From a virus (taxonomy: Duplodnaviria > Caudoviricetes), in the IMG/VR virus record IMGVR_UViG_3300030090_005317, positions 1-34,929 of that record: a DNA stretch of 34,929 nt. One strand, given 5' to 3'. The first letter of the stretch is position 1. The number at the start of each line of letters is the position of its first letter. A model generated the notes under the pieces. That model did no database searches. It had not been told where the DNA came from and worked only from the letters and a program-made list of their open reading frames with translations. Positions 16,499-24,829 of this stretch are shown here, one piece after another. The position numbers and the translations under genes are program-made.

Positions 16499-16913
16499 AA
16501 GCCTACCTAGAGATGATGTAGCCCATACGTGAACCGTGAACCATTTTTCATGTGCATCCCATGTCAATACTGTGAACCATTCTCTTCATGTACTCCACTA
16601 TCCAGTTGTGAACCAATATTACGGCGCAACCCAGCAAATCCCTGTGAGCCAGTTAAAGCGATCTAACCCGTAGTATACTTGCGAACCTCGATACAATTGA
16701 AACCCATCCACCGTATGTGAACCATAATGTCGATGAAACCCGAAGTATACACGTGAACCAATGAATACATGCACCCCAAAACAATAGTGTTAACCAACGA
16801 TACTTCTGTGAATACCGGAGAGTATATGTGCTTACAACCCCCTGTTTCAGCCTTAGCCAAAGTAGAAGTGAACCCCGATAGATACATGCGAACCATTCGT
16901 ATAGAGCAACCGC
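16499..16913 (+). ncRNA. TIGR (tandem interspaced guide RNA) array, about 11 dual-repeat 36-nt units
   Basis: Edge repeat TGTGAACCA-like at 16535, 16571, 16607, 16643, 16680, 16716, 16752, 16788, 16887; loop repeat TGAAACCCA-like at 16517, 16553, 16589, 16625, 16662, 16698, 16734, 16770, 16809, 16869; unique 9-nt spacers between them. Confidence 0.9.
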
Positions 16914-16963
16914 TCACGAAGTCTTAGATCCACGACAAACCAAGAAATATGTTAAAACAGAAC

Positions 16964-16992
16964 TTGACTAACTATACATAAATACCTATATT
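16964..16992 (+). promoter_or_regulatory. Sigma70-type promoter
   Basis: TTGACT-N17-TATATT(ATAGT). Confidence 0.8.
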
Positions 16993-17029
16993 ATAGTATC
17001 ACCCACCCAGACACATCTTGCGAGATACA

Positions 17030-17097
17030 GCGAGGCGAAGATCTCCAAGGTGCATCCCTGTGGCGTCTTCGTCTCGCGCTTTGTGTGCGCCACAGGG
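17030..17097 (+). ncRNA. H-type RNA pseudoknot in the leader of the XRE regulator
   Basis: S1 17030-41/17066-77 (12 bp, one G-U); S2 17056-65/17088-97 (10 bp, perfect); stems interleaved. Confidence 0.6.
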
Positions 17098-17145
17098 CTA
17101 TTTAGCGGTTCGCACCGGTTACTTCGTACACTGTACAGAAAGGAG

Positions 17146-17433
17146 GTGGCAGGTATCGGCAAGTTTAGAGAAGCGCGACTTAGGATTGGGCTGTCCCAAA
17201 CAGAATTGGCAGAAGAGTTAGATGTAGCACAAAAGACTGTCAGTAATTGGGAAAAGATAGATGAGGTGTCTCGTACTGTAGACGCAATAGCAGTATCCGC
17301 GTTCTTGCAGATCCCGATAACGGATCTAGTCCCAGAAGAGAAGAGGGCTCATGCACTCAAAGGCGTTAGAAGAATCCATCCAGCGATGGCTGAACCTAAC
17401 GAAAGTAACGGTGGAGCACACCAAAACCCGTAA
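17146..17433 (+). CDS. XRE/Cro-C1 family HTH transcriptional regulator
   Basis: FREARLRIGLSQTELAEELDVAQKTVSNWEK; AAAGGAGGTG SD; start uncertain (GTG 17146 or ATC 17155). Confidence 0.85.
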   Translation: MAGIGKFREARLRIGLSQTELAEELDVAQKTVSNWEKIDEVSRTVDAIAVSAFLQIPITDLVPEEKRAHALKGVRRIHPAMAEPNESNGGAHQNP

Positions 17434-17577
17434 AGAAGTCACCGCGAGGTTAGAGAACATCCTTAAAGCAGAGAAAAACAAGAAGGAGGTGCCAACTACA
17501 GCAGTGGGAGATACTGCTGAGTCGGCAACTCGGAATTTGTTTCACGGTCTCAGGGGTGGCTTCGTTAAGACACATCG

Positions 17578-17606
17578 TGGAAATTTTAACTTCCCATGGA
17601 TATAAT
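17578..17606 (+). promoter_or_regulatory. Putative sigma70 promoter for the replication module
   Basis: TGGAAA-N17-TATAAT; predicted start site near 17613. Confidence 0.6.
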
Positions 17607-17612
17607 AAATTT

Positions 17613-17785
17613 GTGTGCCCTCAAGCCCTATCAGGGGGAGAGGGGCTTGGAAAACGTTGCAATGGTTTGCGGTGTCTTGGGGAAGCCACCGCTAAGGGTG
17701 GCCTAATGGGGAGAGCCCCCTTAACCTAGCGCGTACCTCTTGGTCATATCCGTACAGTGTACGGGTGACCAAGAGGTGGGCACAC
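17613..17785 (+). ncRNA. Candidate multibranch structured RNA or leader
   Basis: Closing stem GTGTGCCC/GGGCACAC enclosing hairpins CAAGCCC/GGGCTTG, GCGGTG/CACCGC, ACCTCTTGGTCA/TGACCAAGAGGT and others. Confidence 0.55.
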
Positions 17786-17808
17786 GCATCTAACAGGAGA
17801 ATGTACGA

Positions 17809-18672
17809 ATGCTCAAAGCAAAGAGGTCCAGCTTCCAAGACTATGCCCCGCACCCAGAAGGTAGATTCAACGGAATTATCTACGCGTGGAAATTTGTGGG
17901 CGAGAACAATTTCGGAAATGAAAGGGCCATGCTGAGAATTGAGTCCTTGGATGTAACCATTGAAGACGAAAACTCAGACCACAACGGACAGCCATATACC
18001 GTTGCTCTGTTTCATAACATCAGCTTTGGAAACCACAAGCGCAGATCCGGCAACTGGATGCCACACATGCAAAAAGTCCGTGAGCTTATCCTAGACAGAA
18101 AACTCACGGATGATGAGTGGTATGAGTTTGACGCAGAGAAGCTAATGGGGGTCCGTGTGAGGTATAAGGTCACCCACAACCCACGAAAGGATGGAAATGG
18201 TGTTTGGGCTAACCCTGAGATCATAGAGCCCTTGGAAGACCAGACTGTTGGTGATTTATTCAATGAGATAGAGGTTGAGTATCCACCGGAAGAATCAGAA
18301 AGTACTGGTACTGACGGAGAGTCGGACGGGGAGGACCTTCCCCTTGACACCAAACGGTCTGGTCCATCTACGACAGGATCTGCCCCAAGGCCGTCCCCTG
18401 CCCCACCAAAACCAAAGGTGGATGACAATATCGCGCATCCGTTGCAGAAAGAATACGCGGTAACGGTTATAGAGCTTCTCGGGGAGAAGGGTCTCTTTGA
18501 GAAGGAAGGGGTAGATGCGTGGAAAGAGTTCCTCACAAAGCCCGACCTTAAGCTTGATGAGCTTCAGGACGAGTACAAAACCCTCGAAGAGGCCGCGGCA
18601 GATGCTGGTATCACGCTGCCAAATGCCAAGATCCATCCCATGTCCTTAGCTAAGGATGCACTCCCACTCTGA
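17809..18672 (+). CDS. Putative ssDNA-binding/replication protein
   Basis: Beta-rich N-terminal region (YAPHPEG...KLMGVRVRYKVTHN...WAN), acidic/Pro linker, C-terminal DALPL resembling SSB tails; upstream of rusA and dnaB. Confidence 0.5.
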   Translation: MLKAKRSSFQDYAPHPEGRFNGIIYAWKFVGENNFGNERAMLRIESLDVTIEDENSDHNGQPYTVALFHNISFGNHKRRSGNWMPHMQKVRELILDRKLTDDEWYEFDAEKLMGVRVRYKVTHNPRKDGNGVWANPEIIEPLEDQTVGDLFNEIEVEYPPEESESTGTDGESDGEDLPLDTKRSGPSTTGSAPRPSPAPPKPKVDDNIAHPLQKEYAVTVIELLGEKGLFEKEGVDAWKEFLTKPDLKLDELQDEYKTLEEAAADAGITLPNAKIHPMSLAKDALPL

Positions 18673-19042
18673 GTACATCAAAAAGTGGCAGTTTGACGAA
18701 TTGCCACCGATGAATACGGCCCATACGAGACGCCATTGGTCTTCTTCCCACAGGGAGGCCAAGAAGTGGGAGCGCCTTGTATGGGCCGTCACTTCCGGTG
18801 CCCGTCCTGATCATCCCCTAGAGTTTGCCTTTGTACACTGTACGAGACACAGTAGCACATGCCCGGATTACGATAACCTTGTAATGAGCTTTAAGCCCGT
18901 CATTGACGCATTAAAAAAGAATAATATGATCGTGGATGACGACATGAAAAGACTCCAGCGTGAGTATGATTGGGAGTATGCACCAAGAAAGAAAGGCTAT
19001 ATAACAATAGAACTGGGTGAGCTGTCGGGGCCGAAAAGATAA
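18656..19042 (+). CDS. rusA: RusA-like Holliday junction resolvase
   Basis: PPMN...PDYDNL...KPVIDAL...IVDDD catalytic motif pattern. Confidence 0.8.
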   Translation: MHSHSEYIKKWQFDELPPMNTAHTRRHWSSSHREAKKWERLVWAVTSGARPDHPLEFAFVHCTRHSSTCPDYDNLVMSFKPVIDALKKNNMIVDDDMKRLQREYDWEYAPRKKGYITIELGELSGPKR

Positions 19043-19091
19043 TCGGCCCCGCTATTGCAAAGCCAATAACTCCTTGTCTGGGAGGTGGTAA

Positions 19092-20405
19092 ATGCAACCA
19101 CAGGACAGAATCCCACCATCAAACGTCAGCATAGAAAAGGCTGTTCTCGGTGCCTGTTTTGTAGGCGGCAGAGAAGTCTGCAATGATGTGTATGAATGGT
19201 TAGGTGGTGGTGTCGCTCTTTACAACTCACACAACCGACGAATACTAGATGCAATCATGTCAGTATGCAAAGAAGGGTACGATCCCGACTTGATTGCGGT
19301 TGTGGACGCCCTGAAGCAATCGAATGAGTTACAGGAAGTTGGTGGCGTTCCTGCCGTTGCAGAGGTGGCTGGAGAAATGGCCACAGCCGCAAACGTCCAG
19401 TACCATTGCCGTATAGTTGTGGACGACTATAACAGGCGACGATTTATTACGCACCATCAAGATCTGGTGTACAAGGCGTACGAGCGGTCAGAGGTTCCAA
19501 TGGAGCTATACTCTTCTGCACAGTCGTTCGACATGGAACTTGATAGCAGTCAAGAGCTAGAGACCTTGGGGGATGTTGTACATGGTACAGCCGACGAGAT
19601 CGAGGACGCGATGAAAAACCCCGGAGGGTACGGGGGTGTTCCAACGGGACTGCGATGCCTTGATAGGATGCTTGGCGGGTGGCAGAGGGAGGAGATGGTA
19701 ATCATTGCCGCCCGTCCGTCTCAGGGAAAAACAGCACTAGCCCTCCATTGCGCCCGAAGAGCAGAGTCGCCCGTGTTCTTTGTGTCTGCTGAAATGTCAA
19801 AGCGGATGGTCGCTCTTCGACTGCTGGCGGCAGAAACCGCAATCCCAACCCATCAGTTAAAAATTGGGAACATGGACGCAGATGAGTATGAGAGGTTCAA
19901 GAAGGCAGAAATACAACTGAAGAAGTCTGAGATCATCATAGATGACCGGATAAGATCCCCCGCGCTTATCTCTAGCGAAGCCAAGAGGATGCAAGCATCA
20001 CACAACATACAAGCTGTATTCGTGGACTACCTTCAGCTGCTAGACCCTCCAAGGATGGAACGAGGCGCAAACAGGGAACGCGAAGTATCCACAATGTCAG
20101 GAATGTTAAAACACCTCGCCAAGGACACAGGGATGCCCACCATCGTCCTTGCACAACTCAACCGTCAGGTGGAGTACTCTTCTCGCAGACCACAAAAATC
20201 AGACCTAAGGGATAGTGGAAGTATAGAACAGGACGCTGACGTGATCATATTCATACACCCAGTTCAGGATACGAGAGACATTGTGGAGCTTGTCGTAGAC
20301 AAGAACAGGAATGGCCCCACAGGAGTACACCGTGTCCGTTTCACAAAGGAAACGGGAGTGTTTACTAGTCTAGACAATCAGCAAGACGGGGGTGTGATGG
20401 GATGA
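19092..20405 (+). CDS. dnaB: Replicative DNA helicase
   Basis: PPSNVSIEKAVLG; AARPSQGKT; SAEM; VDYLQL; LAQLNR; DLRDSGSIEQDAD; KNRNGPTG. Confidence 0.96.
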   Translation: MQPQDRIPPSNVSIEKAVLGACFVGGREVCNDVYEWLGGGVALYNSHNRRILDAIMSVCKEGYDPDLIAVVDALKQSNELQEVGGVPAVAEVAGEMATAANVQYHCRIVVDDYNRRRFITHHQDLVYKAYERSEVPMELYSSAQSFDMELDSSQELETLGDVVHGTADEIEDAMKNPGGYGGVPTGLRCLDRMLGGWQREEMVIIAARPSQGKTALALHCARRAESPVFFVSAEMSKRMVALRLLAAETAIPTHQLKIGNMDADEYERFKKAEIQLKKSEIIIDDRIRSPALISSEAKRMQASHNIQAVFVDYLQLLDPPRMERGANREREVSTMSGMLKHLAKDTGMPTIVLAQLNRQVEYSSRRPQKSDLRDSGSIEQDADVIIFIHPVQDTRDIVELVVDKNRNGPTGVHRVRFTKETGVFTSLDNQQDGGVMG

Positions 20406-20719
20406 ACGAAAACACAAAAAACACGCCAACCATATCAGATGACATTGACTATCTAAAAAACGAAATAAATAAACTCTTGAAACGGTCTTCGGGGAACCCG
20501 GACGGTATCTGGCCGGAGAACGTTCCTTTAGGCTGGAAAGAAGGAGGATCGCCGAACAGGCTGTCATCGTCGGACTATGTGCGTATTCGGGAGCTTAGGA
20601 AAGAAAGACTCGACCTCGTTAGGAAGAGGTGGGAAAGCGAAGTAAGCCAAGAAGACAGGATGAGAATAAGGATAGAACTATCAGATATACAAAGACGCAA
20701 CTCGAGTTGCATCACCTAA
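20402..20719 (+). CDS. Hypothetical protein
   Basis: ATGA overlap with dnaB; 105 aa. Confidence 0.6.
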   Translation: MNENTKNTPTISDDIDYLKNEINKLLKRSSGNPDGIWPENVPLGWKEGGSPNRLSSSDYVRIRELRKERLDLVRKRWESEVSQEDRMRIRIELSDIQRRNSSCIT

Positions 20720-20732
20720 GGCGGGGGGGGTT

Positions 20733-21047
20733 ATGAACATCAAGAATATCGTGGATCTGTTAAAAAACATATTCTCTTTTACTGGGGGGTACGCAGAAGC
20801 TACACCCACAAAAGAAAAGTCACCTAAGTGTATTGTTTCTGCGTACGACCTTCGTCACCCAGAACACTTAGAGGAAAAACTCACAAGCTCAGGGTTTGAC
20901 CTGAGCGGGTGGGTAGAAATTACAGAGATTAAGGAGGCATCAGTATGGGTGTATCACCAGACGCAACCACCGAAGACAATCCCCGACCTTACAGTTCAGA
21001 ATACACGAAACTACTCAATAGGTGGGGAACCAGCTTTGCGGGAGTAG
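20733..21047 (+). CDS. Hypothetical protein
   Basis: 104 aa, G-rich SD; 3' end overlaps the methyltransferase gene. Confidence 0.55.
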   Translation: MNIKNIVDLLKNIFSFTGGYAEATPTKEKSPKCIVSAYDLRHPEHLEEKLTSSGFDLSGWVEITEIKEASVWVYHQTQPPKTIPDLTVQNTRNYSIGGEPALRE

Positions 21048-21544
21048 GGTTCAAGCCAGAAGAATGTCTAGAGTCGTACACTGTACAAAAGCGAATGCTA
21101 AGGATGGTAGAGGGTGACCGCGTTCTGGATGTTGGATGCGGTATGGGATGGGGGGCAACGCAATTCGTTGGTTATAAGTATTCAGGGATCGACGTGAGCG
21201 ATGCCCACGTAAGCATCGCAAAGTCTATCTTTTTGGGAGGTGAACAGTGGTTTGAACACTCTAGTCTTTACGAGTGGGGAGAAGGGTCGGACTATGTCTT
21301 GTTCGCCGGGATATTCAACATCGGGTACGAATGGAAAGATATAGTAGACCTTGTCGATTTTGCTTGGAATAGCGTAGCAACGCGAGGCATAGGAATCTCG
21401 TATCAAAAAAGAAGTGCTGAAGGCATGACGACCTTCAGCACCAGAGACTGGGTTAGGCTGGTCACACGACTATCTGATAGGTGGGCGTGTGATGAGTCGT
21501 GGTCGGAAATTAACGGGGCCGTAACTGCGAGGAAAGTGTCATGA
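20945..21544 (+). CDS. Class I SAM-dependent methyltransferase (does not look like a DNA MTase)
   Basis: RVLDVGCGMG motif I; YSGIDVS; DYVLFAGIFN; AAGGAGG SD. Confidence 0.85.
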   Translation: MGVSPDATTEDNPRPYSSEYTKLLNRWGTSFAGVGFKPEECLESYTVQKRMLRMVEGDRVLDVGCGMGWGATQFVGYKYSGIDVSDAHVSIAKSIFLGGEQWFEHSSLYEWGEGSDYVLFAGIFNIGYEWKDIVDLVDFAWNSVATRGIGISYQKRSAEGMTTFSTRDWVRLVTRLSDRWACDESWSEINGAVTARKVS

Positions 21545-21556
21545 GATGTTCTTGCG

Positions 21557-24500
21557 TTAAATGTTGAGGCCCATGGCTCGATACTTCAGGCGTATAGAGC
21601 GAAGCTGGTCTCTTCGCCTAAAGAGCTTGCCTTTCTTTACGCGGTCTATGTCCACCTGAATTGGCTTTAAGCCACCAACACCGGGGATTGGGAGCTCTGG
21701 CAAGATCGAAGAGGCAGACTGCCCTCTCAGCTTGCTCTCATATAGCCTTTGCAGTTTCCCAACTGGCGGAAACAGCCCCTCGATAAATGACATATCCTTA
21801 CCTCTGGGCCTGACTCCTGTTCCTAGCAGATCGAATGGCGCAGGCTCACCTTCAAACCTTTCAATCGGCCTATCAAGAAATATATTATAGCCCCTAGATC
21901 CACCAAGTACGCGCTCAAGCGGCATCTTGATAAATGGGTTTGTCCCAGCAAGGAGATCCCTGTAGTTCAGCCTGTTAAGATCCTGAAATGGAAAGTTTGG
22001 GTTTATATATATGGGCTGGGGCCCACCCGCCGTCGGGTCTGCGCCAAGTGATGCAGCGGCATCATCAAATGATTGATTTACTGTATTAATGAGGCTCGTC
22101 ATCTCCCTAGGCATTCTAACGGCATGGATCTCAGAAAAATAGTCAGGCGTAGGAATGTCTTCGTATTCTGGCGATAGGCTCTCAATGGCCTGAATAGGCT
22201 TTCCTGTAATTGCCGCGTACCTGCCGGGAGCTTTTACTATGGACTCAAGCTGAAGCGGAATGTTCTTTCTCATCCATGTGTAGAAAGGAAGAACAGATTT
22301 CATTACATCCCGCTCAAACGGTGTCAATTCCTCATAGTCAAAAAGAAACTTCCTTACAGAGAACGAAGCTTGCTCAGCGGTGTCGCCCTTATTCAGCCTA
22401 TCTAAGAAGTGGGCAAGTCTGGCAACCTCTTCGTTCTTTCTGCCGAGAAGGTGGTTTGCTTTAAGAAGGGTGTTGTTGGGGCCAAACTGTCGCTTTGCAA
22501 ACTCTAACGCATTTTCTTCTGGTGAAATATCCACCACGCCGCGCAGTACATCCCGCCTTGTAATGTTCCTTCCGTGAAGCGTTTCAAGAACATCATCAAG
22601 CTCTTTGCCCTTTGCCGTTGCCAGAGTACTCGTTAGGTCTACGAGGCTCTCTGGACCCTCCCTGTACAGCTTCTGAAAAATCTCTTCTTCCGTATTGATC
22701 CCCAAGTCTTGCTTGAACATGCCAGAGTCGATTACCCTGTGCCTTCTAGCGAGGCTATACAGTTCTTCACCTCCCATTCCAGCCACATTGACCCCAGCCC
22801 TGCTGTCTCTAAACATCATCGCAAGCGCCCTCGCGTACGGCACTGGGGACTGAACGCCAGCAAGCAAGTTGTTCCATCCGTTGCTCCATCCATTTCTAAG
22901 ATGGTATGACGGAGAGAATAGGGCCCACCCCTTCCATGGGGACTGTATCTTTTGGAGAAGCCTGAAGAACTTGCCAGCGGCATCAGGGGTCCTCATGACG
23001 TTGTCAGCAACGTCAAGCGCATCAACAAACTCTTTGGGCATGGCATATGCCGGGGCCATTGTGATTGGCGTTATTTCTTTATCCCGCCCAATAATAGACT
23101 GTTTTCCGGTCCTAAAGTTTTTGACCCTTACTTGCCCCTTCTTCTTTCCCTTCGCAACCACGCCAACAACTTCCATCAGAGAGCCATCACTGTCTACGTA
23201 TCTCTTGCCCCTTGACAGCTTGGACACTGAGGTCAGATCCTTAACACCTCTGCGAGAGGATCGCCAGATCCTCATCCCATTCTGGCTCAGGAGTTGCCTG
23301 AAGTTCTCGCTCTGCTCGAATAACTGCCTTCCTTGTTTTTCGCCAAAAGCTTCGGTAAGCATACCGAGCGTGTTTCCATCACCTCCACGGCGAATGGCCG
23401 TAAGGAGTGCTGGGTCTGGAATCTTCAAAACAACCTTGCTGTCGTTTGCGACACTGTCCATAAACCTCTTTGTAGACCGTCGCCTAACCTCATCATATCC
23501 GCGAAGTGCGAAATTTACAGACGCATCAAGCTCTGTTCCTACAGTTGCAAGAACGCGATCTTCCAAGGTTTTTATTTTTCTAGACTTGGCATACAGGGTT
23601 TCGTCTCCAAGTCCATTATCCTTGATAAATGTGGCTGCGAGATCGGAAAGCTCATGGTCTGTTTTGTGTGCAGGAAGACCAAGTTTATTCATCAGTTGCT
23701 GATGAGCACGGGCGGAGCTCCCAGTTACCGGCATCCTACCAGTGGCAAAATCAGAAACCAACTGAGACTCATCGAGAAGCCCTGCCTTCAATGATAGCTG
23801 CTCTTGCCTCTTGTAAGCCTCCCCAAAAGCCTTGTACTTTTCTTTCATGTGCCCAACAAAGACATTATTTCCAGCACCTATCGTCTCGATGATGCTGTTA
23901 AAATGCTCTGGCTGGTCCATATACAAGCCCAAGATGCGAGACTCTGGCGCACTCAGGCCAGCACGAAGCGATATTGCCACATCGTTGATTTCTAGGGCAC
24001 CTTCAGCAATTTCACCCTTTCTGGTGTTTAATCCAGTGATGAAGTTTTCAACACTTTCGGCAACTTCCGGGTTCCGTCTGGCAAACTCATTGAGCTCAAA
24101 GTTAGGGATAAGGTTTCTGCCGACACTTTCTCTCATTTTTCCAAACGCCGGGATGGTGTCTCCGAGGTATGGAAGGATTTTTCCGCCAGCCGCAACAGGT
24201 GCACGAAGTATTGCGCCACCAAAATATGTCGTAGGATCAAGGAGTATGTCTAAGACAAGCCCACTAGCCGCAGTAAACCACTCGTTGTGACGCTCATTTT
24301 CGAATGGGTCAAGTTCAGTGTTTTGAATGAACTCAGACCAAGATGGACGGGTTGGGTTTATGCCAAATATTGATTTTGCATCTTCCTCATCAAGCATGGG
24401 GAGAGCATTGACCATTTCTGCTCCCGCACGGCGAAGAGCTTCGTATGTATTACCGCCCCTCTGTAGTTCTAGAGCCGCACCAGCAGTGCCAAACTGACCT

Positions 24501-24823
24501 ATCTGCAACAGGTCGAATAGCGGTTGCGTGACCCCCTGCGCTTTGTCAGCTACTCTGGAAAATGCATTGCTTACGGCACCAAACGGATCAATGCTTCCCG
24601 TGACGGGATTGACAAAGTCAACGCTCCCGCCCTGAAGTTCAGTATTTAATAGGTCGTCTCCGAGGTGCTGTCTGAGAAGCCTTTCGGTGTTCATTGCCTC
24701 TCTTCTGGCGGCCTTCATTGCAATGAGCTCCCTACGGCTCATTCTCTTAGAGAACAGATCGTCACTGCCCCTAAGCGGATCGCTCAGGTCTGATTCTATC
24801 TGGCTTAGGTTAAAGTCGCCCAT
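21557..24823 (-). CDS. Large putative internal virion/DNA-ejection protein
   Basis: 1088 aa; FLFDYEELTPFERDVMKSVLPFYTWMRKNIP motif of the kind seen in large phage internal proteins; last gene of the late block. Confidence 0.6.
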   Translation of the reverse strand: MGDFNLSQIESDLSDPLRGSDDLFSKRMSRRELIAMKAARREAMNTERLLRQHLGDDLLNTELQGGSVDFVNPVTGSIDPFGAVSNAFSRVADKAQGVTQPLFDLLQIGQFGTAGAALELQRGGNTYEALRRAGAEMVNALPMLDEEDAKSIFGINPTRPSWSEFIQNTELDPFENERHNEWFTAASGLVLDILLDPTTYFGGAILRAPVAAGGKILPYLGDTIPAFGKMRESVGRNLIPNFELNEFARRNPEVAESVENFITGLNTRKGEIAEGALEINDVAISLRAGLSAPESRILGLYMDQPEHFNSIIETIGAGNNVFVGHMKEKYKAFGEAYKRQEQLSLKAGLLDESQLVSDFATGRMPVTGSSARAHQQLMNKLGLPAHKTDHELSDLAATFIKDNGLGDETLYAKSRKIKTLEDRVLATVGTELDASVNFALRGYDEVRRRSTKRFMDSVANDSKVVLKIPDPALLTAIRRGGDGNTLGMLTEAFGEKQGRQLFEQSENFRQLLSQNGMRIWRSSRRGVKDLTSVSKLSRGKRYVDSDGSLMEVVGVVAKGKKKGQVRVKNFRTGKQSIIGRDKEITPITMAPAYAMPKEFVDALDVADNVMRTPDAAGKFFRLLQKIQSPWKGWALFSPSYHLRNGWSNGWNNLLAGVQSPVPYARALAMMFRDSRAGVNVAGMGGEELYSLARRHRVIDSGMFKQDLGINTEEEIFQKLYREGPESLVDLTSTLATAKGKELDDVLETLHGRNITRRDVLRGVVDISPEENALEFAKRQFGPNNTLLKANHLLGRKNEEVARLAHFLDRLNKGDTAEQASFSVRKFLFDYEELTPFERDVMKSVLPFYTWMRKNIPLQLESIVKAPGRYAAITGKPIQAIESLSPEYEDIPTPDYFSEIHAVRMPREMTSLINTVNQSFDDAAASLGADPTAGGPQPIYINPNFPFQDLNRLNYRDLLAGTNPFIKMPLERVLGGSRGYNIFLDRPIERFEGEPAPFDLLGTGVRPRGKDMSFIEGLFPPVGKLQRLYESKLRGQSASSILPELPIPGVGGLKPIQVDIDRVKKGKLFRRRDQLRSIRLKYRAMGLNI

Positions 24824-24829
24824 TATAAT

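Noticed and set aside
16484-16513. TTGACA as a dedicated array promoter
   Set aside because: No good -10 at 16-18 bp spacing; the array is more probably co-transcribed from upstream
16499-16913. CRISPR array
   Set aside because: Two alternating 9-nt repeats with 9-nt spacers do not fit CRISPR geometry, and there are no cas1/cas2 or effector genes
16663-16917. 84-aa minus-strand ORF over the array
   Set aside because: A by-product of the 36-nt periodicity; antisense and without an SD
17030-17097. HDV-like ribozyme
   Set aside because: Only a simple two-stem pseudoknot is visible; P3/L3, P1.1 and J4/2 elements could not be identified
17351-17605. 84-aa ORF overlapping the XRE gene end
   Set aside because: Long overlap and no clear SD or start; a shorter real gene is possible but unsupported
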